DNA of 64,000 nt, taken from contig JBBIMP010000011.1 in assembly GCA_037444305.1 (NCBI GenBank), positions 54,787 to 118,786 on the forward strand, written 5' to 3'. Of this stretch, positions 20,498 through 30,376 are shown in pieces. This DNA is from Acidobacteriota bacterium. GTDB lineage: Bacteria > Acidobacteriota > UBA6911. The translations under genes were made by a program, and so were the position numbers. Under the pieces are notes generated by a model that was not told where the DNA came from, did not search any database, and saw nothing but the letters and a program-made list of their open reading frames with translations. The stretch's first letter is position 1; the number at the start of each line of letters is the position of its first letter.

Positions 20498-20938
20498 AAA
20501 TCAGAGAGAAACGGCAATTCATTGGCGCTGTCAGTTGAGCCACTATATATCCCAGCCTGTTCTCGGCTGTCAACAAGAGTCTTTAACAAAAATATGGCGT
20601 TCTATTTCCCGATGATCCGGCTGATCCAAATTGACCCCAAAAAGGCGGTCCCACGGCCCGGCTTCGCCTGGGCTTCTCCAACGGCGCCAATCCGTCTCGT
20701 GTGAATGGTGCCGTGCGGGTGCTCTGCCGTGAAATACCGCAACAGCCAAACAGAGGGAGAGTGCTTATTCACTCGCTGTATGTCAAAGGCAAGCCTCAGG
20801 AGTGTCAAAGAGCCGTCTCGATCCTCTGGGATCCGGTCGCACCCGGCGGGTTTAGGGTCGTGACCTGCTGATGCAATTGCTGTAAATGAAACAGTTAATC
20901 GACCACAGATGGCGGAGCCAGCTGCAGACGGTCACCAA

Positions 20939-20953
20939 TGGCACGGTAATTGC
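20939..20953 (+). promoter_or_regulatory. Sigma54 -24/-12 promoter for the sensor kinase operon
   Basis: TGGCACGGTAATTGC (GG-N10-GC); IHF-like AATGAAACAGTTA at 20885-20897. Confidence 0.8.
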
Positions 20954-21024
20954 CTCGGTTGTGCAGGCGGACTGCGCCGGAGGTCGGAACGCAGGACATT
21001 CCACAACGCCCGAGAGGAGCCAGG

Positions 21025-22374
21025 ATGGCAGGTGAAGCTCAAGCGAAACGGTCCATTTCCACCTCCCCGGGTTCCGGCGGCGGAGCGGCGGTTCCTCCGC
21101 CGAATCCCGCGGCTGCCAATCTTCTTCTGGACGCCTTCCAGGTCTTTACCGAGGCGTCGAACTCCCTGGAATCGGCCTTCTACCAGCTGGAGGCGCGCAC
21201 CCGCAGGATTTCGGAGGAGCTTGCCGTCACCAACCGGGAGCTGAAAAAGAGCCTCCGGGAGAGGGAAATCATCCGGAACTATCTCCGGAGGATTCTCGAG
21301 TGCCTGCCTTGTGGAGTTCTGGTCTTTGACTCGGGGGGGCACCTCATGATGTGCAATCCCGTAGCTGCCAGACTGCTGGATCAACCCCGAGGCAAGGTCT
21401 TCGACGGGAGCCGCGGCGGGTTCCCATTGAGCCAGAGCATGCGCGATTACCTGGCCGCGTTTGCCTGCCAGAACAGGGAGGGCGCGGAGATGGAGATCCC
21501 TCTCGTGGCCCGGTGTGGAATGAAGATCCTGGCGGCTTCGTGCGCCCAGGTGAGGGGTCGGGGCGGCAGGGTGCTGGGAATGCTCCATATCATCCGGGAC
21601 GTCACCCAGATCAAGGCGCTCGAGGAACAGAACAAGCGCGGAGAGCGGCTGTCGGCGATGGGGGAAATGGCTGTGGAGCTGGCCCACGAAATCCGGAATC
21701 CGCTGGGCAGCATCGAACTGTTCGCGTCCCTGCTCGAGCAGGAACTGCCGCGGGAAAGCGATCCCGGGCGCTGGGCGGAGAATATCCGCATCGGCAGCCG
21801 GTCATTGAACACCATCGTTTCCAACATGCTGCAGTTCTCCAATCCCCATGCGCCCGAATTCACCGCCGTGGACCTGCACGAACTGGTGGCCGAGATCATG
21901 CGGTTCACGGATCCGGTCCTGCGGCAGCGGGAGGTGGCGGTTCAACTCCGGTTGGAGGCTGCCGATCCGATCGTTGCCGGGGACCGCGAACTGCTCCGGC
22001 AGGTTCTGCTGAACCTGGTTTTCAACGCCCTCCAGGCGATCCCGTCCCGCGGCGCCCTGGTGGTTTCGACCCTCACTGCGAGCCGCCTCCCCGGCGGCGC
22101 GTTTTGCGACGGCGTGGAGCTGCGAGTCCGTGATACGGGACTCGGAATCCCGCCGGAAAACCTGGAGCGCATCTTCGATCCCTTTTTCACGACGAACAAG
22201 AACGGCACGGGACTCGGGCTCTCCGTGGTCCACCAGATCGTGGATCAACATTCGGGCTTCATCGAAGTCGAGAGCGAAGTCAACCGCGGAACGACCTTCA
22301 GGATATACCTGCCGGGGGTGCGCCTGCCTTCGGGGGGCGTCCGGGAGGAGGATGGATGCGAGAAGAGATACTGA
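21025..22374 (+). CDS. Cytoplasmic PAS histidine kinase, FleS/FlrB-like
   Basis: LAHEIRNPL H-box, QVLLNLVFNA, DTGLGI, IFDPFFTT, GTGLGL; no TM; ATG21025 after GAGGAG. Confidence 0.85.
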   Translation: MAGEAQAKRSISTSPGSGGGAAVPPPNPAAANLLLDAFQVFTEASNSLESAFYQLEARTRRISEELAVTNRELKKSLREREIIRNYLRRILECLPCGVLVFDSGGHLMMCNPVAARLLDQPRGKVFDGSRGGFPLSQSMRDYLAAFACQNREGAEMEIPLVARCGMKILAASCAQVRGRGGRVLGMLHIIRDVTQIKALEEQNKRGERLSAMGEMAVELAHEIRNPLGSIELFASLLEQELPRESDPGRWAENIRIGSRSLNTIVSNMLQFSNPHAPEFTAVDLHELVAEIMRFTDPVLRQREVAVQLRLEAADPIVAGDRELLRQVLLNLVFNALQAIPSRGALVVSTLTASRLPGGAFCDGVELRVRDTGLGIPPENLERIFDPFFTTNKNGTGLGLSVVHQIVDQHSGFIEVESEVNRGTTFRIYLPGVRLPSGGVREEDGCEKRY

Positions 22375-23702
22375 TCGTGGATGATGAGCCCCAGATGCTC
22401 ATCGCGCTGCAGGAAACGCTCAAGCGCCAGGCCTTCCGGATTACCGCCGCCGCCAGCGGGACCGAGGCGCTGGTGAGGCTGGGCGAGAACGCCTACGATC
22501 TGGTCATCACCGACATGCGGATGCCCAACGTGAGCGGCCTGGACCTGCTCCGGCGCGTGAAATCCACCACTCCCCAAACCCCCGTGGTGCTGCTCACGGC
22601 GTACGGCACCATTCAGAATGCGGTGGAGGCAATGCGGCATGGAGCCTTCGATTACCTGCTGAAGCCCTTTTCTTCCGATTCGCTGGAAGCCGTGGTCCGC
22701 CGGGCGCTGGGTTCCTGCCGGAAGGCGGAGCCGGGACAGCCGCACGAGATCATCACCCATGATCCGGATTTCCTGGCGATCCTCGACCGGGCCGGACAGG
22801 TGGCTTCCAGCACCGCCACTGTCCTGGTCGAGGCCGAGAGCGGAACCGGCAAGGAGCTCCTGGCGCGGCTCATCCACCGCGGGAGCCCCCGCCGGGAAGC
22901 GCCCTTCGTGGCCGTAAACTGTGCCGCCCTGCCCGAAAACCTGCTGGAAAGCGAACTTTTTGGCTTCGAGAAAGGCGCCTTCACGGGTGCCTCGGCCTCC
23001 AAACCGGGAAAGTTCGAGTTGGCGCATCGCGGCACGCTGCTTCTGGACGAAATCGGGGAAATGGCTCCCATCCTGCAAGCCAAGCTCCTGCGGGTCCTGC
23101 AGGAAAGAGAAGTGGATCGGATCGGCGGCCGCGAGCCCGTGAGAATCGACGTGCGCGTCATCGCCACCACCAACCGCGACCTCGCGCAGCTGGTGCAGTC
23201 GGGCCGGTTTCGGGAAGATCTCTACTACCGCCTCAATGTGGTGAGGCTGTGCATCCCCCCGCTCAGAAAGCGCAAAGCTGACATTCCGCTGCTGGTGGAT
23301 TTTTTCTGCCGGCGTTATGCCGGGGAATTTGGGCGGCCCGATGTCCGTTTCAGCCGCGAGGCTGTCGAACGCCTGGCGTCGCATGACTGGCCGGGCAACG
23401 TGAGGGAACTGGAGAATGCCGTCCAGCGGGCCGTGGCGATCTGCCCGGGGACGGAAATCGCCCCTGCAGATCTCTCCCTCGCCGAGTCCGCGGGTCCCGG
23501 CGAGGCGGCGATCGCCCCGGGAACCACCGTGAGGGAGATGGAGCGGCAGCTGATCTGCAGCACGCTCGAGAAGACCGGCGGCAACCGAACCCAGGCGGCC
23601 CGTCTGCTGGGAATCAGCCTTCGCACCCTCCGGAACAAGCTCAACGAGGCGGGCGCACGAAGCCGGGCGGAAAAAGTTGCCCAGGCGAGAGCATTAATTT
23701 GA
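22356..23702 (+). CDS. Sigma54-dependent response regulator, FleR/FlrC/FlbD-like
   Basis: Receiver, ESGTGKE, GAFTGA, WPGNVREL, HTH GISLRTLRNKL; coupled to the kinase. Confidence 0.88.
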   Translation: MREEILIVDDEPQMLIALQETLKRQAFRITAAASGTEALVRLGENAYDLVITDMRMPNVSGLDLLRRVKSTTPQTPVVLLTAYGTIQNAVEAMRHGAFDYLLKPFSSDSLEAVVRRALGSCRKAEPGQPHEIITHDPDFLAILDRAGQVASSTATVLVEAESGTGKELLARLIHRGSPRREAPFVAVNCAALPENLLESELFGFEKGAFTGASASKPGKFELAHRGTLLLDEIGEMAPILQAKLLRVLQEREVDRIGGREPVRIDVRVIATTNRDLAQLVQSGRFREDLYYRLNVVRLCIPPLRKRKADIPLLVDFFCRRYAGEFGRPDVRFSREAVERLASHDWPGNVRELENAVQRAVAICPGTEIAPADLSLAESAGPGEAAIAPGTTVREMERQLICSTLEKTGGNRTQAARLLGISLRTLRNKLNEAGARSRAEKVAQARALI

Positions 23703-23788
23703 CACACGCGTGGCGGCATTCCGGCCCCGCCGTGGACTGAAAATGTATAAAACCTTGAGATATAAGAGTTTACAAATTGACCCATGAT

Positions 23789-23804
23789 TGGCATTCGGAT
23801 TGCA
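23789..23804 (+). promoter_or_regulatory. Sigma54 promoter for the flgB operon
   Basis: TGGCATTCGGATTGCA (GG-N10-GC) with an AT-rich IHF-like tract upstream. Confidence 0.8.
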
Positions 23805-23847
23805 TGAATTCAATGGGCCGTGTCCCGCAGAGTCAGGAGCACCTCGA

Positions 23848-24267
23848 ATGAAGGTTGGATTTCTGGAGAATGCAACGCTGGAAGCGATGGAGAGCTACCT
23901 CTCCCGGTTGTCGAAGCGCCAGCAGGTCATTTCCTCGAATCTTGCCAACATCGACACCCCCGGGTACAAGGCCAAGGACGTAAGCTTTCACGCCGCGATG
24001 GAGGAGCTGATCGCGGCGGCTCCCCGGAACGCTCCGCTGCGCCCGGCCGAGACCGGGAGGATTCTGCCGTCCACTTTCGTTCACCTGGAGCCGGAGGTTT
24101 ACGAAACGAGCGGGCTGCCGCTCCGCAACGACAACAACAACGTCAACCTGGAGAGCGAAATGCTGAAGCTGGGTCAGACCTCCTTCGGGTACTCGATGAC
24201 CATCCAGCTGCTTCGTTCCAAGTTCCGGATTATCGCCTCCAGCATCAATGAAGGGAGGGCCGGCTGA
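23848..24267 (+). CDS. flgB: Flagellar basal-body rod protein FlgB
   Basis: RQQVISSNLANIDTPGYKAKDV.F, RNDNNNVNLE.EM. Confidence 0.95.
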   Translation: MKVGFLENATLEAMESYLSRLSKRQQVISSNLANIDTPGYKAKDVSFHAAMEELIAAAPRNAPLRPAETGRILPSTFVHLEPEVYETSGLPLRNDNNNVNLESEMLKLGQTSFGYSMTIQLLRSKFRIIASSINEGRAG

Positions 24268-24701
24268 TGACACTTTCCCGGGCCACTGAAATCAGCGCCT
24301 CAGGATTGGCCGCCCAGCGCCAGCGGATAGAGGTCCTGGTCAGCAACCTCGTGAACGCGCACACCACGCGGGCCGAGGGGAACGAGCCCTACCGCCGCAA
24401 GGATGTGCTCTTTGCGGCCGCGGAACCGCAATCCAGTTTCGGCAAGGAGCTCAATGCCGCCATGATCGGGGTGAACGCGGTGGAGGTCACCGGCGTCATC
24501 GCCGACCGGGCCGACCCGGTCCGCCGCTACGAGCCGGGGCATCCGCATGCCGACAAAGACGGCTACGTGCTGTACCCCAATATCAATCCGATGGAGGAGA
24601 TGGTGAACATCATGTCCGCCAGCCGGTCCTACGAGGCCAATCTCCAGGCGATCAACGCGGTCAAGGAGATGAAGGCCAAGACGCTCGAACTGCTGCGCTA
24701 G
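24267..24701 (+). CDS. flgC: Flagellar basal-body rod protein FlgC
   Basis: SASGLAAQR, PYRRK, YEPGHPHAD..GYV.YPN, ASRSYEAN. Confidence 0.96.
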   Translation: MTLSRATEISASGLAAQRQRIEVLVSNLVNAHTTRAEGNEPYRRKDVLFAAAEPQSSFGKELNAAMIGVNAVEVTGVIADRADPVRRYEPGHPHADKDGYVLYPNINPMEEMVNIMSASRSYEANLQAINAVKEMKAKTLELLR

Positions 24702-24711
24702 AGGGATTTCC

Positions 24712-25020
24712 ATGAAAGAAACGCTCTTAGGACAGATCAATCCCAACCTACAGGTGCCGGAGATAGCCAGGCCGCGTGGCCCGGAGCGCGCCCAGCCCGG
24801 ACCGGGATTCGGGGAAATGCTCAAGGACGCCATCTCCGCCGTCAACCAGGTTCAAAAGCAGTCGGATCACGAAATCCAGAAATACATGTCGGGTGAGAGC
24901 GCGGACCTGCACACGACCATGCTTGCCGTGCAGAAAGCGGATCTCACTTTCCAGATGATGATGCAGGTGAGGAACAAGATCGTGCAGGCCTATCACGAAA
25001 TAATGCGCATGCCCGTCTAA
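24712..25020 (+). CDS. fliE: Flagellar hook-basal body protein FliE
   Basis: QVRNKIVQAYHEIMRM. Confidence 0.95.
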   Translation: MKETLLGQINPNLQVPEIARPRGPERAQPGPGFGEMLKDAISAVNQVQKQSDHEIQKYMSGESADLHTTMLAVQKADLTFQMMMQVRNKIVQAYHEIMRMPV

Positions 25021-25085
25021 ATGGTTTCGGCCGGATCCGCTGATCGGCGCGGCCCTGTGAACATTTTCGCCACGGAGAAACGACA

Positions 25086-26825
25086 TTGCCCGCAACACAA
25101 ACCAATCCAGGCGCGCAAATAGCGGCGATATGGTCGCGGCTGCAGTTCGCCCAGCGTGCAACGATTCTGGGTTTTGCGCTCGCGGCGCTCGCCGGACTCG
25201 GCTCGCTGGTCTTCTTCATTAACAGGGTGGACTACGAGATGCTCTACCGCGACCTGAGCCCCGAGGATGCCCAGGCCATCGCGGCCAAGCTCAAGAGCGA
25301 GAAGAGGGACTTCCTGGTATCTCCCGACGGATCCACCATCCGCGTCGCCGCGGCGCCGGCGGACGTCGACAAGCTTCGCCTGGAGATCGCCGGCTCCGGG
25401 CTCGCCCGCAGCGGCAAGGTCGGCTACGAAATCTTCGACAAGAGCCAGTTCGGCATGACCGACTTCGCCGAGCAGGTCAACTACAAGCGGGCCCTCGAAG
25501 GCGAACTCAGCCGCACCATCTCGAATCTCTCGGAGGTGGCCCAGGCCCGGGTTCACCTTGTGCTGCCCAAGGACTCGCTTTTCGAAGACAAGAAGGAAGC
25601 CGCCAAGGCCAGCGTGCTGGTGAGGCTGCGACACGGGTCGGAGCTCTCCCAGCACAGCATTGCCGGGATCGTCAATCTCGTCGCCGGAGCGGTCCAGGGG
25701 CTGCAGACAAGCAACGTGTCCGTGGTGGATGAGGGCGGAAAGGTGCTCTCCCGGCTGGCACCCGCCGGCGGGCTGCGCGGCGAGGTGGAGTCGGGACTCC
25801 AGCACCAGATCGAGAAGGAAATGGTGGCGAAGGTGATCTCCATTCTCGAACCCATTGTCGGGAAGGGCAAGGTTCACGCCAACGCCTCCGTGGAACTGGA
25901 GTTCAACAGCTCCGAGCAGACCGAGGAAACCTACAATCCGAATCCGCCAGCGATCCTGAGCCAGCAAAAGAGCGAGGAGAGGGTCAGCAGCGCCGCCAGC
26001 GCAGCCGGGGTGCCCGGAACGCGCTCGAACCAGTCGGACGACAGCACGCAGATGACCGTCCGGGGCCCGGAACGACAGCGCCAGAGTGAAACCACCAATT
26101 ACGAAGTCAGCCGCCTGGTGCGCCACACGGTGCAGCCCAAGGGAGCGGTCCGCCGCATTTCGGTAGCCGTTCTCCTGGACAACAAGACGGTCTATGCCAA
26201 AGGGCAGGACAACCAGGTCAGCGCGACGCCGCAGCCACGGACGAAGGAGGAACTGGACGCCTGCCGCGAACTCGTCCTGGCCGCAGTCGGATTCAACGCC
26301 GAACGGGGCGACACCGTCACGCTGGAGAACATCGCCTTTTTCAACGAAAGCATGCCCCAGGAGGAAACGGCCCCGCTGCCCTGGCATGTCCGGTGGCAGT
26401 CCTACCTCATCCCGGGGATGAAGTATCTCGCCTTTCTCGTTGTGTTCCTGGTCGCCTATCTGGCCGTGTTCCGTCCGCTGCGCAAGCGCGTGACACAGAG
26501 CATCGCCGCAGCCACGGAACTGCTCAGGCAGGAAGGCACCAGGGGACGGCTGCCGGGCGGGCCGCCGCTGGCTTTGGCGAGCGCGAATGCCACGGCTTTG
26601 CCTGCGGCGACCTCCGTGTCCCAGAGTCTCGCCCGGTACGGCGGAGCCGCCGAGGAGGTCGTGGACGAGGAGCAGATCGTGCGGGACATGCTGAGGGAGG
26701 CCGAACTGGCCAATCCGGGCATCAAGAAGTACGAGGTTCTGAAAAAGCGAGTCCGCGAGCAGGCCACCAAGGATCCGGAACAGGTGTCGCAACTGATACG
26801 CACCTGGATCAGCGAGGGCAGGTAA
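25086..26825 (+). CDS. fliF: Flagellar M-ring protein FliF
   Basis: GYEIFDK..FG.T.F, RALEGELSRTI, ARVHLVLP, ETTNYEV, two TM segments. Confidence 0.95.
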   Translation: MPATQTNPGAQIAAIWSRLQFAQRATILGFALAALAGLGSLVFFINRVDYEMLYRDLSPEDAQAIAAKLKSEKRDFLVSPDGSTIRVAAAPADVDKLRLEIAGSGLARSGKVGYEIFDKSQFGMTDFAEQVNYKRALEGELSRTISNLSEVAQARVHLVLPKDSLFEDKKEAAKASVLVRLRHGSELSQHSIAGIVNLVAGAVQGLQTSNVSVVDEGGKVLSRLAPAGGLRGEVESGLQHQIEKEMVAKVISILEPIVGKGKVHANASVELEFNSSEQTEETYNPNPPAILSQQKSEERVSSAASAAGVPGTRSNQSDDSTQMTVRGPERQRQSETTNYEVSRLVRHTVQPKGAVRRISVAVLLDNKTVYAKGQDNQVSATPQPRTKEELDACRELVLAAVGFNAERGDTVTLENIAFFNESMPQEETAPLPWHVRWQSYLIPGMKYLAFLVVFLVAYLAVFRPLRKRVTQSIAAATELLRQEGTRGRLPGGPPLALASANATALPAATSVSQSLARYGGAAEEVVDEEQIVRDMLREAELANPGIKKYEVLKKRVREQATKDPEQVSQLIRTWISEGR

Positions 26826-27842
26826 ATGAACATGGAAGCGGAAATACCGGGTGTCAGGAAGGCCGCAATTCTGCTGGTGCTCCTGGGCGACGAGGCCAGC
26901 GCCAACCTCTTCCGCTTCATGGAAGAAGATGAGGTGCAGGAAATCAGCCGCGAGATTTCCCAGCTGGGGAAGATCGAACCGGAGACCGCCGACCTGGTTC
27001 TCGATGATTACTACAAGATAAGCGTGGCCAAGGATTATATCGCGCGCGGCGGCATCGACTATGCCAAGAAGCTGCTGGTGAAGGCCTTTGGCTCGGATTC
27101 CTCGCGCAGCCTTCTCGACCGGGTGAGCATGTCGGTCCACAGCACCAAGGAGGGCTTCGACAGCCTCCAGAAGGCCGATCCGTCGCAACTGTCCCGGTTC
27201 ATCCAGGACGAACACCCACAGACGATCGCGCTGGTCCTGGCCAATCTCAAATCGACGCAGGGCGCGACGCTGCTCGGCTCGCTGCCTTCCACCCTGCAGG
27301 CAGAGGTCGTCATGAGGATGGCGAGCCTGGAGCAGATCTCGCCGGACATCATCTCCAAGATCACCAGCATCCTCGCGCAGCGGCTGGAGTCGCTCGGCAA
27401 CATGAGCCGGGAATCCTACGGCGGGATCCGTGCCGTGGCAGAACTGATCAACCGGATGGATTCCAAGGCCGCCGCTGTGATCCTGGAGCGGATCGAGTCC
27501 GACAATCCCAACCTCGCGATGAGCATCCGCAACCTCATGTTCGTATTCGAGGACATCCTGCTGATAGAGGACACGGGCATGAGGGAGGTCATCCAGCGGA
27601 TCGACAAGAAGACGCTGACGCTGGCCTTGAAGGGAACCAGCGAGGAATTGCGAAACCAGTTCTTCGGCAACATGTCCCAAAGAGCAGTGGAGATGCTCCG
27701 GGAAGACATGGATGTACTCGGACCCGTCAAGATCAAGGAAGTGGAGGCGGCCCAGCAGGAGATCGTGGCGGTCGTCCGCAAGCTCGACGAGGAGGGGGTC
27801 ATCAGCCTCCAGGGCGGCCGAACCGAGGAGTATGTCAACTGA
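26826..27842 (+). CDS. fliG: Flagellar motor switch protein FliG
   Basis: KAAILL, GGIDYAK, EHPQTIAL, MFVFED, NMSQRA. Confidence 0.97.
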   Translation: MNMEAEIPGVRKAAILLVLLGDEASANLFRFMEEDEVQEISREISQLGKIEPETADLVLDDYYKISVAKDYIARGGIDYAKKLLVKAFGSDSSRSLLDRVSMSVHSTKEGFDSLQKADPSQLSRFIQDEHPQTIALVLANLKSTQGATLLGSLPSTLQAEVVMRMASLEQISPDIISKITSILAQRLESLGNMSRESYGGIRAVAELINRMDSKAAAVILERIESDNPNLAMSIRNLMFVFEDILLIEDTGMREVIQRIDKKTLTLALKGTSEELRNQFFGNMSQRAVEMLREDMDVLGPVKIKEVEAAQQEIVAVVRKLDEEGVISLQGGRTEEYVN

Positions 27843-27866
27843 TTCTGAGAACCGTTCCCTGACACC

Positions 27867-28562
27867 ATGCCTTTGAGACTCATTCGTCAAAACGATCAAG
27901 CGGCGGCTCAGGTGCGCAAATTCAGTTTTGCGGATCCGGACATGGCGCTGGCCGCACCCGAGGGCCCGGAAGGCTCGTGGATGGAGCTGGGGGGGCTGGC
28001 GCCCCCGCCCTCCGCAACGCTCTCTCCGGCAATGGAGGGCATCCTGGGGCAGGGGAATTCACCGGCGCTCAGGGCGGCCTGGGAGGACGGATTCAGACAG
28101 GGCGAGAGAGCGGGTCTGGCAAAGGCGGAACAGCAGGCAGAGGCGCTGGCCCATCGCTATGCCGAAGCCGTTGCCGAACTGGACGGCTTCAAGGCGGCCC
28201 TTTTCAAAAGGGCGGAGCAGGACGTGGTGCGCCTGGCAATGGAAGTGGCGAAAAAAGTCGTGCACCGCGAAATCCATCTCGACCGGGACATCATCCAGAC
28301 GCTGGTCCGCGTGGCGCTGGGCCGGGTGACCGTACGGTCTGCGGTGACGGTCAGGCTCAATCCCGCGGACTACAACTACCTGCTGGAGCACCGCAAAGAG
28401 CTGAGTCCGCACGGCGACGAGGCGCGGGAAATCATCATGGTGGCCGACCGGTCGGTGGAGCGCGGCGGGTGCCTTATCCAGAACGAATCCGGTGATGTCG
28501 ACGCCCGGATCGAGGAACAATTCAGGGAGGTGGAGCGTGCTTTCTTCGCCAACCCGAGCTGA
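27867..28562 (+). CDS. fliH: Flagellar export protein FliH
   Basis: AxxxG repeats, VRLNPAD, GGCLI...G.VDA; position between fliG and fliI. Confidence 0.9.
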   Translation: MPLRLIRQNDQAAAQVRKFSFADPDMALAAPEGPEGSWMELGGLAPPPSATLSPAMEGILGQGNSPALRAAWEDGFRQGERAGLAKAEQQAEALAHRYAEAVAELDGFKAALFKRAEQDVVRLAMEVAKKVVHREIHLDRDIIQTLVRVALGRVTVRSAVTVRLNPADYNYLLEHRKELSPHGDEAREIIMVADRSVERGGCLIQNESGDVDARIEEQFREVERAFFANPS

Positions 28563-28569
28563 CAAGTCG

Positions 28570-29898
28570 ATGAGCCGGAGGTCACTCGACCTTTCCCCTT
28601 ATTTTCACCGGCTTCACGGCCTCAATCCCATCAAGACCATAGGATCGGTCCGCCGCGCCGTCGGCCTGGTGGTCGAATCCCAGGGGCCGCCGGTCTCGGT
28701 CGGAGAGCTGTGCGAGATCGTGGGCGATGAGGGGAATCACACCATTCCGGCAGAGGTGATAGGATTTCGCGACAATCTTGTGCTCTCCATGCCGCTGTTC
28801 AAGGTCCACGGCGTGAAACTGGGCGACAAGATCGTCTGCCGCGAAAAACAGGCCGCCGTCCCGGTCTCGCCGGAGTTCCTCGGCCGTATCGTGGACGGCC
28901 TGGGCAACCCGATCGATGATGCCGGCCCCATCCATGCGGATAAGCAATACCCGCTTCAGCCCGGCGGGGCCAACCCGCTCAAGCGGAGCAATATCGACCA
29001 GCTCATCGGTACCGGCATCCGTGCGATCGACAGCCTGCTCACCTGCGGAAAAGGCCAGCGCATCGGGATTTTCGGCGGAAGCGGCGTCGGCAAGAGCACG
29101 CTCCTCGGCATGATGGCGCGCTACACCTCGGCAGATGTGAACGTCATCGGCCTCGTCGGTGAGCGGGGCAGGGAAGTCCGGACTTTCATCGAAAAGGACC
29201 TCGGGCCGGAAGGCCTGCGGCGGTCCGTGGTGATCGTCTCGACATCCGATCAGCCGCCCCTCCTGCGCATCCGCGCTGCCCTCGTCGCCGCCACGCTGGC
29301 CGAATATTTCCGGGACCAGGGCAAGCACGTCCTCCTGATGATGGATTCCATCACCCGTTTTGCGATGGCGCTGCGCGAGGTGGGCTTGGCCGCCGGGGAA
29401 CCGCCATCTTCCAAGGGCTACACACCGTCGGTTTTTTCGGCGCTGCCCCGGCTGGTGGAACGCGCCGGCAATTTTGTCTGCGGCGGAAGCATTACGGGCT
29501 TTTACACCGTGCTGGTGGAAGGGGACGACTTGAGCGATCCGGTCGCCGATTCCGTGCGCTCCCTCCTGGACGGTCACGTCATCCTGTCGCGGGAGCTGGC
29601 CTGGCGCCATCACTTCCCCTGCATCGACGTGCTCGGCAGCGTGAGCCGGCTCATGCCGGACCTCGTAAGCCCGGCCTACGCGCAGCAGGCCGGCAAGATC
29701 CGCGAAATGCTGTCGGTCTACAGCCGGGCCGAGGACATGATCAACATCGGCGCCTATGCCAAGGGATCCAATCCGAAGATAGATATGGCGCTGGGCAAAA
29801 TCGATGCCGTGAATGCCTTTTTGAAACAGCGCTACGATGAGCGGGTGACCGTTGAAGACGCCGTCGGCGGGATCGAAGAACTGACGAAGGACATGTGA
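28570..29898 (+). CDS. fliI: Flagellar export ATPase FliI
   Basis: GQRIGIFGGSGVGKSTL, GERGREV, MDSITRFAMA, GEPP. Confidence 0.96.
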   Translation: MSRRSLDLSPYFHRLHGLNPIKTIGSVRRAVGLVVESQGPPVSVGELCEIVGDEGNHTIPAEVIGFRDNLVLSMPLFKVHGVKLGDKIVCREKQAAVPVSPEFLGRIVDGLGNPIDDAGPIHADKQYPLQPGGANPLKRSNIDQLIGTGIRAIDSLLTCGKGQRIGIFGGSGVGKSTLLGMMARYTSADVNVIGLVGERGREVRTFIEKDLGPEGLRRSVVIVSTSDQPPLLRIRAALVAATLAEYFRDQGKHVLLMMDSITRFAMALREVGLAAGEPPSSKGYTPSVFSALPRLVERAGNFVCGGSITGFYTVLVEGDDLSDPVADSVRSLLDGHVILSRELAWRHHFPCIDVLGSVSRLMPDLVSPAYAQQAGKIREMLSVYSRAEDMINIGAYAKGSNPKIDMALGKIDAVNAFLKQRYDERVTVEDAVGGIEELTKDM

Positions 29899-29899
29899 G

Positions 29900-30343
29900 A
29901 TGCGCGGCTTCCGATTCAACCTTGAGACGCTGCTGAAGCACCGGAGGAACATCGAGGAGCGGGAGAAGGCCAAACTCGGAGAACTCAACGGCCAAGTGCT
30001 GGCCGCCACGCGGCGCCTCGAGGACCTGCGCGCCCTGCGCGATGCGCTTGTGCGTGAACTGAGCGCCACGCAATCGGCGACCTTCAACGCTGCAGAATTG
30101 GGATGGTACTACTCCTACCTCGACTGGCTCGCGAGAGAAATGGGATCGGCTGCCGATAGAATCACCGAGCTGAGCCGCCGGCTGGAGGATCAGAAGCTCA
30201 TCCTGCTGGAAGCGTCCAAAAACAAAAAGGTGCTGGACAGGCTCCGGGAGAGGAAATGGAAGCAGTACCTGCAGCTGCTCGAGCAAGATGAAAGGAAAGC
30301 GGCCGAGGATTTCGTGGTCATGCAGTTTGGTCCGAGAACCTGA
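29900..30343 (+). CDS. fliJ: Flagellar export protein FliJ
   Basis: FRFNLETLL..R N-terminus, coiled coil, K.LD.LRE; follows fliI. Confidence 0.9.
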   Translation: MRGFRFNLETLLKHRRNIEEREKAKLGELNGQVLAATRRLEDLRALRDALVRELSATQSATFNAAELGWYYSYLDWLAREMGSAADRITELSRRLEDQKLILLEASKNKKVLDRLRERKWKQYLQLLEQDERKAAEDFVVMQFGPRT

Positions 30344-30376
30344 GAGCCGGATGACCGGCGGATCGGAGACGAGGGA

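Noticed and set aside
20950-21024. TTG start extension of the kinase ORF
   Set aside because: It begins inside the sigma54 -12 element; ATG21025 has the RBS.
25017-27899. 960-aa minus-strand ORF, and similar long antisense ORFs (e.g. 14327-16024, 17061-18785, 38937-40763, 42260-44083)
   Set aside because: Shadow frames of well-supported genes, expected from high-GC codon bias; no recognisable motifs.
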